Positions 9,840-18,196 of a DNA stretch of 64,000 nt are shown piece after piece. The notes below the pieces were generated by a model. It was not told the origin of the DNA and did not search any database. It was given only the letters and a program-made list of their open reading frames with translations. Positions within the stretch are counted from its first letter, which is position 1; each line of letters starts with the position of its first letter. Where the stretch lies: assembly GCA_040752595.1 (NCBI GenBank), contig JBFMGX010000004.1, positions 155,440-219,439 on the forward strand. Direction: 5' to 3'. The position numbers and the translations under genes were made by a program. The stretch comes from Candidatus Zixiibacteriota bacterium. Lineage in GTDB: Bacteria; Zixibacteria; MSB-5A5; WJJR01.

Positions 9840-11954
9840 ATGCATTCGATCAACCGGGCGCGGGCACTCTGGTGGTGTGGCGCGGCAGTGAGTGGGCTGT
9901 TGCTGTTGGGAATCAGCGCCTGCTCCGGACCGACGGAGAGCGACAAGGCCGTGATGGTCAACAAAGTCACAGTGACCCCGGCGGTCCTCAATCCGGGCGA
10001 GACCGCGGTGGTCGAGGTCAGCGTGACCACCGTTTCCGGTGATCCCGCCGCTGATAAGACAGTATATCTTGTTGCCGTGCCCAATACCGGCGGCACATTT
10101 GCCTCCAGCGCCGTCCAGACCAATGACCAGGGGATCGCCACCGTCATCTTCACCGCAACCCAGGTGGGCACGGTGCGGATCCAAGCCTCGGTGGAAGGCG
10201 GCACCGGCTCGGTCGCCAAGGACGTCACCGTGGAATCCGGTGGCGGCGGCGGCAGTACCGCCGGACTGATCGTCCTGTCCGTGACACCGACGTTGATGCA
10301 GGCCGATGGCTTCTCATCGGCGACCGTGACGGCAACCCTGACCGACCGGTTGGGCAATGCCGTTCCCGATTCCACGCTCGTGCGCTTCGCCGCCGGTGAG
10401 AAGTTCTTTGATGTCGACGGCGACGGCTACTGGACCGGAAATGTCGATTCGTTGATCTATGACGTCGACGCGGATGATCAATGGGATCCGATCGGGTCCA
10501 TTGAAGCCAGCGTGCCGACCTCACAGGGGCGCGCGGTGGCGTCGTATACGGCCGGACGGACCACCGGAGTTGTCTACATCAAGGCCACCGCCGGTTCTCC
10601 GGGGGCCGTGTACTCGGCGGAAGTGTCGGTGCCTCTGACCTCCAGCGAACCGGTCCATTCGATCAGTCTGACGCCCGAATGGCAGCAGGTGCAGGTCAAA
10701 GGGACGGGTGGGATTGAATGGGCGCGCATCAAAGCCGAAGCATTCGACAAGTACGGCAATCCTGCGCCGGAGGGTCGGGACATTGAGTTTCTCATTACGG
10801 CCGGACCCGGTGGCGGCGAGGCGATCAACGGTGATCCGGTCGGACCGGTCGCGGTGACGACCGACGCGCTCGGGCAAGCCGTGGTCACCTTCAATGCCGG
10901 CAACACCTCGGGGACGGCACGCATCGTCGCGCGCGCCGGGGCGGTCGTCTCAGGCGCGACTCAGATCACCATCCGTTCCGGACCGCCGGCGTTCATCTCC
11001 GTCGGTGCCGGCGACTGCAACGTCCCATCATGGGAAATCGTCAACGAACTCAACAAGATCGTCGCTCTGGTCGTCGATCAATGGGGCAATGAAGTCCCCG
11101 ACTCCACCGCCGTCTGGTTCGGCACCGAGCAGGGGTTGATCGAGGGCGCCTCCATTACCTCGCCGGCCCTGACATTCCGCGGCACCGCCGAGACCTACTG
11201 GCATTCCGGGGCGCCGAAGAACGACGGCTTGGTGTTCTACTGGGCGCAGACCGCCGGCGGCACGGTCGCCGATACCAGCGTGTTCCTCGAGTCAGGTCCG
11301 GCCGCTTCCGGCATGTTCCTCCGCTACCCTGACACGCTGTTGGCCGACAACAAATCCAAAGGAGAAGTTGTTATCGAGGTGCGTGACGTCAATGGCGTCT
11401 TCATGGACACCGACACACCCATCGAGGTGGAAGCGGACCTCGGCACCATCAACAACGGTCTGGTCAACGACGGGTGCCACTCATCGGTCTATGTCGAGGA
11501 CTACATTGCCACGACGCTGGATCGTGACTATATCGTGACCACGCCCGACAATGGGCTCGGCGGCATCGCCACGATCACGGCCCGTTGCGGCGGCGTCTAT
11601 GGCTACAATGACCAGGCGCACGTCGTCTTGCGCACCGGCCGCGCCTATTCCAAGACAACCGTGGTCGACATGGCGCGTTCCATCACCTACTGCAACTCGA
11701 CGCCGATCGAAGTCACGATCAAGGATCGCTGGGGCAACCCGCTCGGCGGTCACCTCATCACGATCACCGACGACGGTGAGAGCGGTGTTGTGACCGGTTC
11801 ACCGCAGTACACCAACGAGTACGGCGTCGCCGGCGGCTTTGAATTCACGGCGACCTGCAATCAGTCGATCGTCAGTGCCTTCATCACCATGACTGATCTC
11901 GATCCGAACTACGGCGGCATCGCCATCATTGTCAAGATCCAGCTTGAGGAATAG
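9840..11954 (+). CDS. Lipoprotein with tandem bacterial Ig-like (Big_1, invasin/intimin-type) domains
   Basis: RBS aaaggag lies 8 nt before the ATG at 9840. Lipobox LLLGISACSG. Repeated about-90-aa modules of the form VTVTP..L..GETA.V.V.VT...G.PAAD..V.L.....GGTF......TND.GIATV.FTA...G. Confidence 0.7.
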   Translation: MHSINRARALWWCGAAVSGLLLLGISACSGPTESDKAVMVNKVTVTPAVLNPGETAVVEVSVTTVSGDPAADKTVYLVAVPNTGGTFASSAVQTNDQGIATVIFTATQVGTVRIQASVEGGTGSVAKDVTVESGGGGGSTAGLIVLSVTPTLMQADGFSSATVTATLTDRLGNAVPDSTLVRFAAGEKFFDVDGDGYWTGNVDSLIYDVDADDQWDPIGSIEASVPTSQGRAVASYTAGRTTGVVYIKATAGSPGAVYSAEVSVPLTSSEPVHSISLTPEWQQVQVKGTGGIEWARIKAEAFDKYGNPAPEGRDIEFLITAGPGGGEAINGDPVGPVAVTTDALGQAVVTFNAGNTSGTARIVARAGAVVSGATQITIRSGPPAFISVGAGDCNVPSWEIVNELNKIVALVVDQWGNEVPDSTAVWFGTEQGLIEGASITSPALTFRGTAETYWHSGAPKNDGLVFYWAQTAGGTVADTSVFLESGPAASGMFLRYPDTLLADNKSKGEVVIEVRDVNGVFMDTDTPIEVEADLGTINNGLVNDGCHSSVYVEDYIATTLDRDYIVTTPDNGLGGIATITARCGGVYGYNDQAHVVLRTGRAYSKTTVVDMARSITYCNSTPIEVTIKDRWGNPLGGHLITITDDGESGVVTGSPQYTNEYGVAGGFEFTATCNQSIVSAFITMTDLDPNYGGIAIIVKIQLEE

Positions 11955-12077
11955 CCGCATTGCGGTGACATAACCGACGGGCAGGGATGCTCGGAGGTGG
12001 GTGGGACCGGAAGATCCGCGACAGATCTTCCGGTCTTTCTCTTTCTGCTCCGACCCTTTCCTCCGGCGGTGGCCCAA

Positions 12078-12250
12078 ACACAGTGAGGGAGAAAGCTCGA
12101 TCCATTCGCAGGACGGCTCGGGAGCCGAACGAGTCAGCAGACACTCCGGCGGAATCAGAACCCTGAGCGGCCTGGAAGAATCTCGTGCCTCGGGAGGGCG
12201 AGGCTCCTGTTCACCCTGAGCGAAGCGTGAGGGCCGAGCCGTCGCGTCTC
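12078..12250. repeat. Degenerate mosaic of repeat modules (gtgagggag, ccctgagcgaagcgtgaggg)
   Basis: Shares the cctgagcgaagcg and gtgaggg modules with families 5 and 6, but lacks the full nested-hairpin structure. Confidence 0.35.
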
Positions 12251-12262
12251 ATTCATTCTCCC

Positions 12263-15097
12263 TCAACGCCGTTCCGACGCGCACCCCGGCAACGGCTCCG
12301 TCCCTCCGCGCCACAGGAAGTTGATCAGCACTACGGCATCGAGGATGTCCACGCGGCAGTCGGCGTTCACATCGGCGTTCGCCGGGTCGTGCAGGAATGA
12401 CGGGCCGAATAGGTGGCGAACCATGTGCTGGACGTCTGCCACCGTGACGACGTTGTCGCCATCGGCATCGCCGGGACGATGCGTGCGCCATCCCAATGCC
12501 TGCAGCGTCGCCAGGAGGGCCTCCGCGGCATCCTCTTCGCGAATGTAAGACAGGGGGAAGGAAAACGCCGCCGCCTTCCACCGTTCATCCCGCGATATCA
12601 CCGCCACCGGTCGTCCCTGCATGGGTGAAGAGGCCGAATCGCGCGATTGGAACGCGTAGAGAACCTGCGCCCGGCTGGTGTCAATGTCAAACCAGCCGAC
12701 GAAGCCCACGGCTCCTTCGGTCGCCGGCAGAACGGGATTCAACCCCCAGTCGGTGCGGCTGGAATCGACGGACAGATCGCCAAACCGCGGATCGACCGCC
12801 CTGGCACCGACGAACTCGGCATTCAGCCGCGTGGGATGCGACAAGAGCACGCGCGGATAGTCCGCCATGGTAATACCGAAGGCATCGTATGGGAACTGAC
12901 CCGGCCCGAAGGCGATCAACCCCTCCGTCAGTTGTGCCGTATTGAACAGGTTGCGTCCGGCGCAGATCGTGATCCCGCCGGCATAGGCATACAACGCCAT
13001 CGTCTCGATGGTCGATTGTGTCAAGCCCGACACGCCATCCGCAACCGCAATCGCCGCCGGGTGTGGATCCAAGATGTTCAGTGCGAGAGCAGCCGTACGC
13101 GTCGGGTCGGCATCGCGATATTGCGTCCCCAGCGATCCGAGTAGGCGTCGCCAGACGGCACTCACCGAGTCCTTGTCTGTCAACGCCGCCGTGCCCGCGG
13201 GTGTCTGGTCAATCACCAGCGGCGGCCCATCAAAGGCCAGCGCGATCCCGTGTATCGGTGCAGTGGGAAAACTCTCACTGCCCAGTGCCGAGATCGCCGC
13301 CACTCGATAGCTGTACACGATGGCATTATCGACGCTGCGGTCAACGAATGAGGTCTGATCGGCTGTTTCGCCCACCGGCTGCCACCCGAATGCCGTGTCC
13401 AGCCGGTAGACGCGATGTCCGACAACGTCCGGTTCCTCCGCCGGTTCCCATGTCAGTCTGATCTCTCGATTGCCCCTGTGCGCGCTCAAGTCGGCGGGGG
13501 TCATCGGACGATCCGGCAGGATACCGACCATAGTGGCGTTCATGCCGGGACGACCACGGTTATCCAGCGATCGTATCGTGTAGTAGTATGTTACCAGGCG
13601 TTCGAGCCCGGTATCGGTGGACGCCGAATCGTCCCGCGGGAGCATGGCAATGCGATCATCGAAGTGCAGAGAATCGGTCGACCGTAGGATCTCATATCCA
13701 TCCAGTCGCGCCGTGCGGCGCGGCACCCATCGCAGTGATGCTGTCGAATCGTCCCACCCGGCGATTGTCAGGCCACGGGGTGGCCCGACCGTCGCCGGGG
13801 TGAATCCATTGTCCCATAGAATCTGCATGCGGGCCAGTGCGGTATCCAGTGAATGCATGTTCAATCCATGCAGATATGCCTGCGGATCAATGGCGTCGAA
13901 TGTGCCGGCAAAATGCCCCGGATCGGCATGCCAACGCGGGGACACGACCCAAGCCCACGCCGCCGTGACCGAATCCCCCGGCCAGAGAGTGACCGCCCCA
14001 ACGGTGTGCAGAAAGCGCGTGTCATACCCGTTCGCGTAGTCCACGGCGATCAATGTCGGCGGAGGCGCGACCCAGCCCTGCGCGGACCGATCGACGGCCG
14101 CGAATACCTGATCATAGTCGATCTCACGATTGGCCATACGCCGGTACCGCATGGCATCGCCGAGCAGCCGTCCCCGGCCGCCGGACCCATTTGTGTCGCC
14201 CGGTGCGCGTTGCGGGCCCCAGTCATAGTTGCGCGGCACGGCACTGATCCACCAGTTGTACGACTCCGAAGATAATTGCGGCGATCCCCCCAGATACATC
14301 GAGGCGAATGTGCCGGTCGTGGAACGGTCATCGAAGGCACCGAGCGATGAATCCGGATCACCGTCATTATCGGCGGCCCAGGCGGCGGACACGGCGATTC
14401 GCTGTCCTTCGAGCGTGATGGCGGCTTGCCGATGCCCGGTGAGATCGTCCAGATAACCGAGGTCACGGTCATCGTGCATCACGTCCGGATCGACCATCCA
14501 CCCCAGCCAAAGGTTCTCGATGGCCGCGTCGCCGATATTGGTCACGGTGAGTTCAATGATCAGACCTTGCGCGAACGACGAATCATCCACCAAGCGCGTC
14601 GTCTGCCGAACGGTGACCGGAAGCGGCCGGTGGCGTCCGTCGTACGAGTCGCGCGGTACGCGCCCTGGATCGGTGGCCGTGTCTGAGTACACGAATGTGA
14701 ATTCTTCATCACCGAGCGCATCGGAGCCGACCGGACCCATTCTCCCCGCCGGGTAGAGCTCGTGAGCGGTCCACTCGCCCAGTGTTCCGGTCGAAACCAG
14801 GGTGTCGCCGTCCACAATTCCGCCGATCCACAATCCGGCTTCATAAAGATACTCGACGCGGGAGCGCGGCGGTGATTCGAAGGCAGGCGCCGGCCATGGC
14901 ACCGTGGTCGGTTCGCCATGGCCCGAATCCACCAACGCGAAGTTGAAAGTACCAAAGTACCCCCAGTTGGTGACCGTGGCACGGAATCGGCCGTTTTCGT
15001 GAATCTGATATCGAACCGTCGTGTCGATGGCGGCCGCGGCCAGACTGTGTGTCCCGTCCGTGGCCGACTCGGCCGCCGATAGCGCCGTCGTCGCCAT
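12263..15097 (-). CDS. Large secreted protein (paralog of 18197..20728) with a C-terminal type-I dockerin-like domain
   Basis: N-terminal region (EYLYEAGLWIGGIVDGDTLVSTGTLGEWT...) is alignable with 18197..20728 (QYLETGGLAIGCIRHMDTLVSSSALGFWT...). The C-terminus carries two dockerin Ca-binding repeats: DADGDNVVTVADVQHMVRHL and DVNADCRVDILDAVVLINFL. Start is uncertain: ATG at 15097 gives MATTALSAAES, while the ORF-track start at 15742 reads through a repeat element. A non-canonical upstream start is possible. Confidence 0.6.
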   Translation of the reverse strand: MATTALSAAESATDGTHSLAAAAIDTTVRYQIHENGRFRATVTNWGYFGTFNFALVDSGHGEPTTVPWPAPAFESPPRSRVEYLYEAGLWIGGIVDGDTLVSTGTLGEWTAHELYPAGRMGPVGSDALGDEEFTFVYSDTATDPGRVPRDSYDGRHRPLPVTVRQTTRLVDDSSFAQGLIIELTVTNIGDAAIENLWLGWMVDPDVMHDDRDLGYLDDLTGHRQAAITLEGQRIAVSAAWAADNDGDPDSSLGAFDDRSTTGTFASMYLGGSPQLSSESYNWWISAVPRNYDWGPQRAPGDTNGSGGRGRLLGDAMRYRRMANREIDYDQVFAAVDRSAQGWVAPPPTLIAVDYANGYDTRFLHTVGAVTLWPGDSVTAAWAWVVSPRWHADPGHFAGTFDAIDPQAYLHGLNMHSLDTALARMQILWDNGFTPATVGPPRGLTIAGWDDSTASLRWVPRRTARLDGYEILRSTDSLHFDDRIAMLPRDDSASTDTGLERLVTYYYTIRSLDNRGRPGMNATMVGILPDRPMTPADLSAHRGNREIRLTWEPAEEPDVVGHRVYRLDTAFGWQPVGETADQTSFVDRSVDNAIVYSYRVAAISALGSESFPTAPIHGIALAFDGPPLVIDQTPAGTAALTDKDSVSAVWRRLLGSLGTQYRDADPTRTAALALNILDPHPAAIAVADGVSGLTQSTIETMALYAYAGGITICAGRNLFNTAQLTEGLIAFGPGQFPYDAFGITMADYPRVLLSHPTRLNAEFVGARAVDPRFGDLSVDSSRTDWGLNPVLPATEGAVGFVGWFDIDTSRAQVLYAFQSRDSASSPMQGRPVAVISRDERWKAAAFSFPLSYIREEDAAEALLATLQALGWRTHRPGDADGDNVVTVADVQHMVRHLFGPSFLHDPANADVNADCRVDILDAVVLINFLWRGGTEPLPGCASERR

Positions 15098-15183
15098 CGC
15101 GACTGCAATCAGTACAGCTCCCAATGCCGGAAGCCGTCCTACAACCGGACATCGGACGAAGGGCGGACCACTGCATCGGTCAA

Positions 15184-15201
15184 CAAAGGGCTTAAGACCC
15201 T
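15184..15201. repeat. REP-like palindrome AAGGGCTTAAGACCCTTG (family 4 variant)
   Basis: Perfect palindrome related to AAGGGGCTTCAGCCCCTT copies elsewhere. Confidence 0.45.
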
Positions 15202-15257
15202 TGTCTGCCCTGACAGGTCGCTGAAGAACGACCAAGATGGGAATGCGGCCCACCAAT

Positions 15258-15352
15258 GTCATCCTGAGCGAAGCGAAGGATCTGCTGTTTCCTCCTGTAG
15301 GGCAGCAGCAGATTCTTCTCCCCGCCAAAGAACGGCGGGGTTCAGAATGACA
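15258..15352. repeat. MITE-like element family 6 (terminal inverted repeats tcatcctgagcg ... ttcagaatgaca)
   Basis: tcatcctgagcgaagcgaaGGATCTGCTGtttcctcctgtagggcagCAGCAGATTCttctcCCCGCCaaagaacGGCGGGgttcagaatgaca. Internal perfect stem GGATCTGCTG/CAGCAGATTC and stem CCGCC/GGCGG. The ends tcatcctga / tcagaatga are inverted repeats. Copies at 57546-57668 and 60684-60826; a partial copy at 63608-63645. Confidence 0.6.
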
Positions 15353-15403
15353 TGGATGGCACTTTGTCCGCAACCGGCTAAACCCTCTGCTCAGCGCGAC
15401 GCA

Positions 15404-15508
15404 TACCCTCTCCCTTCGGCATGCCCCGAGCAAAGTCGAGGGGAAGAGGTCGATCCGTCCGCAGGACGGATCGGCTTGCCCTGAGAGAAGTCGAAGGGGT
15501 GGGGGATT
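15404..15508. repeat. Family-5 composite hairpin element (variant), adjacent to the family-6 element
   Basis: ccctctcccttcggcatgccccgagcaaagtcgaggggaagaggtcg + atccgtccgcaggacggatcgg + cttgccctgagagaagtcgaaggggtggggg. Confidence 0.55.
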
Positions 15509-15711
15509 CTTTCGGTCCACCATGCTGTCAGACGTATCGATGAACAACGATCCTGTCCTCCTGCAGGAACTCACGCCCACCCGGCAATCTACGGTGCCCC
15601 CGACGTTTGTCAATCCGGCGAACGACCTGCCACGCAGCCGCGCCGGAAATGATATTGCGTCCGGCATCGGCACGTATGACATTGACAGGGAGGGTCCGCA
15701 CAGGAGTCGCC

Positions 15712-16935
15712 ATGGTCTTCTCGCACTCGCGTCTGAACACATACGAGAGTTGCCCGCGCAAGTACGCCTTCCGGTACATCGAAAAGCCGCCGATCGAAGA
15801 ACACCCCTCCGTCGAGGCGTTCATGGGCTCGATGGTGCACGAGGCGCTCGAGAAGCTCTACCGCTCCGTGCAGATGGAGCGCATCCCCAAGTGGGAGGAA
15901 ATCCGCGATTTCTACGAGGACACCTGGCAGCGTAACTGGGAGGACGACATCCTGATCGTCCGGTCGGAGTTCACCGGCGACGACTACCGCAACGTCGGCC
16001 GCCGCTGCCTGCAGGACTATTTCGTCGGCCACTACCCCTTCTCCGAGGGCCGGATTCTGGGATTGGAGGAACGGATTCTCTTCGACCTCGACCCGGACGG
16101 GCGCTACAAGATTCAGGGATACATCGATCGCCTGGTCGAGGGGGCTGACGGGGCCATCGAGATTCACGACTACAAGACCAACCGACGTCTTCCCTCGCAG
16201 GCGGAGATCGACGCCGAGCGCCAGTTGGCGCTGTACCAAATCGGCATCCAATCCCGTTGGGATGGCACCCACACGGTTCGACTCTACTGGCACTTCCTGC
16301 GTGCCAACCGGACCCTGAAGTCAGTGCGCTCACCCGAATCACTCACGGAACTTCGTGCCGACACCATCCGCTTGATCGACACGATCGAGGCCGCCCGTGC
16401 TGGCAACGACTTCCCGCCGCATGAGTCCCAGCTCTGCGCCTGGTGCGAATTCCAGTCACTATGCCCTGCCAAACGCCATCTCTTCGCCACCGCCACGCTC
16501 ACACCCCAGCAATTCGCCGCCGACTCCGGCGTGCGGTTGGTTGACCGCTTCGTCGCCGCCGCGCGACACAAGGCACAGAGCGAGGCGGAACTGCAGGCGG
16601 TTCGTCAGGAAGTCATCGAGTTTGCTGGCGTCAATAATCTGACGCGTATCCAGGGCCATCATGCCAGCGTCGGCATCCATCGCCGCTGGGAGCAGACGAT
16701 CCCCAATCAGGACGATCCCAATCGCAAGCTTCTCGAGTCGCTGGTCCGCGCCAGCGGCTATTGGGAGAAGGTCTCGGACCTTTCCCGCTCCAAACTTCCC
16801 AAGGCGCTGCAGGGGGACTTGTTCGACCCTGCGACCCGTCAGCGGATCGCATCCCTGCTCCCCCGCAATGAGATCGTAGTCGTCACCAAACGCGAGGACG
16901 CGAATGATGAGAGAAGCGACGGCCCGGACGTCTGA
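15712..16935 (+). CDS. PD-(D/E)xK superfamily nuclease, RecB-family/Cas4-like, with a C-terminal Cys cluster
   Basis: RBS aggag lies 5 nt before the ATG at 15712. N-terminal SHSRLNTYESCPRKYAFRYI motif. Nuclease core IDRLVEGADGAIEIHDYKT (D...E.K). C-terminal CAWCEFQSLC. The spacing of one N-terminal Cys plus three C-terminal Cys matches the Cas4/AddB-type Fe-S arrangement. Confidence 0.7.
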   Translation: MVFSHSRLNTYESCPRKYAFRYIEKPPIEEHPSVEAFMGSMVHEALEKLYRSVQMERIPKWEEIRDFYEDTWQRNWEDDILIVRSEFTGDDYRNVGRRCLQDYFVGHYPFSEGRILGLEERILFDLDPDGRYKIQGYIDRLVEGADGAIEIHDYKTNRRLPSQAEIDAERQLALYQIGIQSRWDGTHTVRLYWHFLRANRTLKSVRSPESLTELRADTIRLIDTIEAARAGNDFPPHESQLCAWCEFQSLCPAKRHLFATATLTPQQFAADSGVRLVDRFVAAARHKAQSEAELQAVRQEVIEFAGVNNLTRIQGHHASVGIHRRWEQTIPNQDDPNRKLLESLVRASGYWEKVSDLSRSKLPKALQGDLFDPATRQRIASLLPRNEIVVVTKREDANDERSDGPDV

Positions 16936-16953
16936 AGTCAACGACAACTGACT

Positions 16954-16981
16954 GAGCCGGGCTCATCCCTGAGCCCGGCTC
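16954..16981. terminator. Putative bidirectional terminator hairpin between convergent genes
   Basis: GAGCCGGGCTC-atccct-GAGCCCGGCTC, an 11-bp stem, lies between the nuclease stop (16935, + strand) and the Cys-rich peptide stop (17004, - strand). Confidence 0.4.
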
Positions 16982-17003
16982 GCGCATACCCCCGGCAGAG
17001 TGT

Positions 17004-17294
17004 TCATTTGTCCGGTACGCAGTCATCCCCTGGCCCCGGGATGCAGATCGGCTTGCATCGCCAAATGAGGGAATCGGGGAGACAGTACCAGTGTCCCATG
17101 CACAGGTATGATTCCGTGACGGCACACCAGTAGTTGCAGTTGCAGCCGCCGCTGTGGCATTGCGCCGCCGGCTCGGGATCCTCGCAGGGAGTCTCGCTGC
17201 TGGCGGCCGGGCCCCCAGACAAGAACATCGTCGCTGTGAGTGCCGCCGCGAACACAAAGGCCGCCCACAGAATCATCGGCTTCTTCACCATCAT
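17004..17294 (-). CDS. Small secreted cysteine-rich protein (10 Cys in about 70 mature residues)
   Basis: RBS ggaaaggagacc precedes ATGATG at 17294. Signal peptide MMVKKPMILWAAFVFAAALTATMF. Mature part: PCEDPEPAAQCHSGGCNCNYWCAVTESYLCMGHWYCLPDSLIWRCKPICIPGPGDDCVPDK. Confidence 0.55.
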   Translation of the reverse strand: MMVKKPMILWAAFVFAAALTATMFLSGGPAASSETPCEDPEPAAQCHSGGCNCNYWCAVTESYLCMGHWYCLPDSLIWRCKPICIPGPGDDCVPDK

Positions 17295-17335
17295 CGCTGG
17301 TCTCCTTTCCATAGGAGTTGTATCACCACGACTCT

Positions 17336-17989
17336 CTATACCGCACCCTGGGACGCTTCTGGTGCGATGATCTCACGTAGTCTGGCAATGCTTGCTTCGA
17401 AAACGAAGCCAAAGGAAATCAGCTTCGTCTGGGAGTCAAGGTAAAACCAAGGCATCGTTCCCTGAACGTTGTGCCGCGCTCGCAAGCTGGACCCGCGATC
17501 ACAGTACAGCGGAATTCGCACGTTGCTTCGAGCCAAAGACACAGCAAGGTCCACAGCCCCGGGCCAAGCATCCGCGACTAGCACGACTGGCAATGCCGCC
17601 GTTCCAGCAGAATCTACAGCAGCCTGCAATGCAACCGCCATCCTGATGCACTGATCGCAGTCGGTTGTGACCAAGGTAATGACACCCCCATGGGGCAGTA
17701 CTTGCGACACTGAGAGGAGACTCTCACTGGCGATGGGTGAGAGCGGAAGTTGCGGGAACGCCTCCGCCACTTCGATTCCTACCACCTCGCGTCTGAACTG
17801 CTGCGCCAAGCTGTCGTGCCATTCGCGCCACCTCAGCAGTGTGGCCGAGTCCGGGGACTCCGGGGCCGAAGACGTCGTCCTCGCCCGCACCTTGTTGCGA
17901 GGTTGCCCGAGCCAGATACCCAAAACGGCAGCAACCACAGTGACCGCCACGTAGGCGGCAACGGTCTTTGGGGGCAAGGTAACCCCCAC
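17336..17989 (-). CDS. Membrane-anchored thioredoxin-fold protein (CxxC = CDQC), probably a thiol-disulfide oxidoreductase
   Basis: N-terminal TM helix AAYVAVTVVAAVLGIWL. VITLVTTDCDQCIRM CxxC motif, with a cis-Pro-like TMPWFYL further on. Immediately upstream of the Cys-rich peptide on the same strand and apparently co-transcribed with it. Confidence 0.5.
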   Translation of the reverse strand: MGVTLPPKTVAAYVAVTVVAAVLGIWLGQPRNKVRARTTSSAPESPDSATLLRWREWHDSLAQQFRREVVGIEVAEAFPQLPLSPIASESLLSVSQVLPHGGVITLVTTDCDQCIRMAVALQAAVDSAGTAALPVVLVADAWPGAVDLAVSLARSNVRIPLYCDRGSSLRARHNVQGTMPWFYLDSQTKLISFGFVFEASIARLREIIAPEASQGAV

Positions 17990-18063
17990 AGTAGCACCTC
18001 CAGTACTCGGGGCGCCACAAACACCAATAATCCGTCAGGAGCATCGCCCCCCCTTACAATTTG

Positions 18064-18105
18064 TCAAGAACTTTCTTGACTTTTCTTTGCACAACCGGAA
18101 ATAAT
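18064..18105 (+). promoter_or_regulatory. Putative sigma70-like promoter overlapping a palindromic operator (TCAAGAActTTCTTGA)
   Basis: An AT-rich island in a GC-rich genome. Candidate -35 TTGACT (18076-81), an 18-nt spacer, then AATAAT (18100-05). The palindrome at 18064-18079 overlaps the -35. About 90 nt upstream of the 18197 start. Confidence 0.3.
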
Positions 18106-18196
18106 TCTCCGGACGGGGTGTAATGTGTTGTCGGGTACTGACTAAGGCGGAGTGACACTGCCAGGAACACGTGCTCCAATCCTGAGGTAGCTTCCG

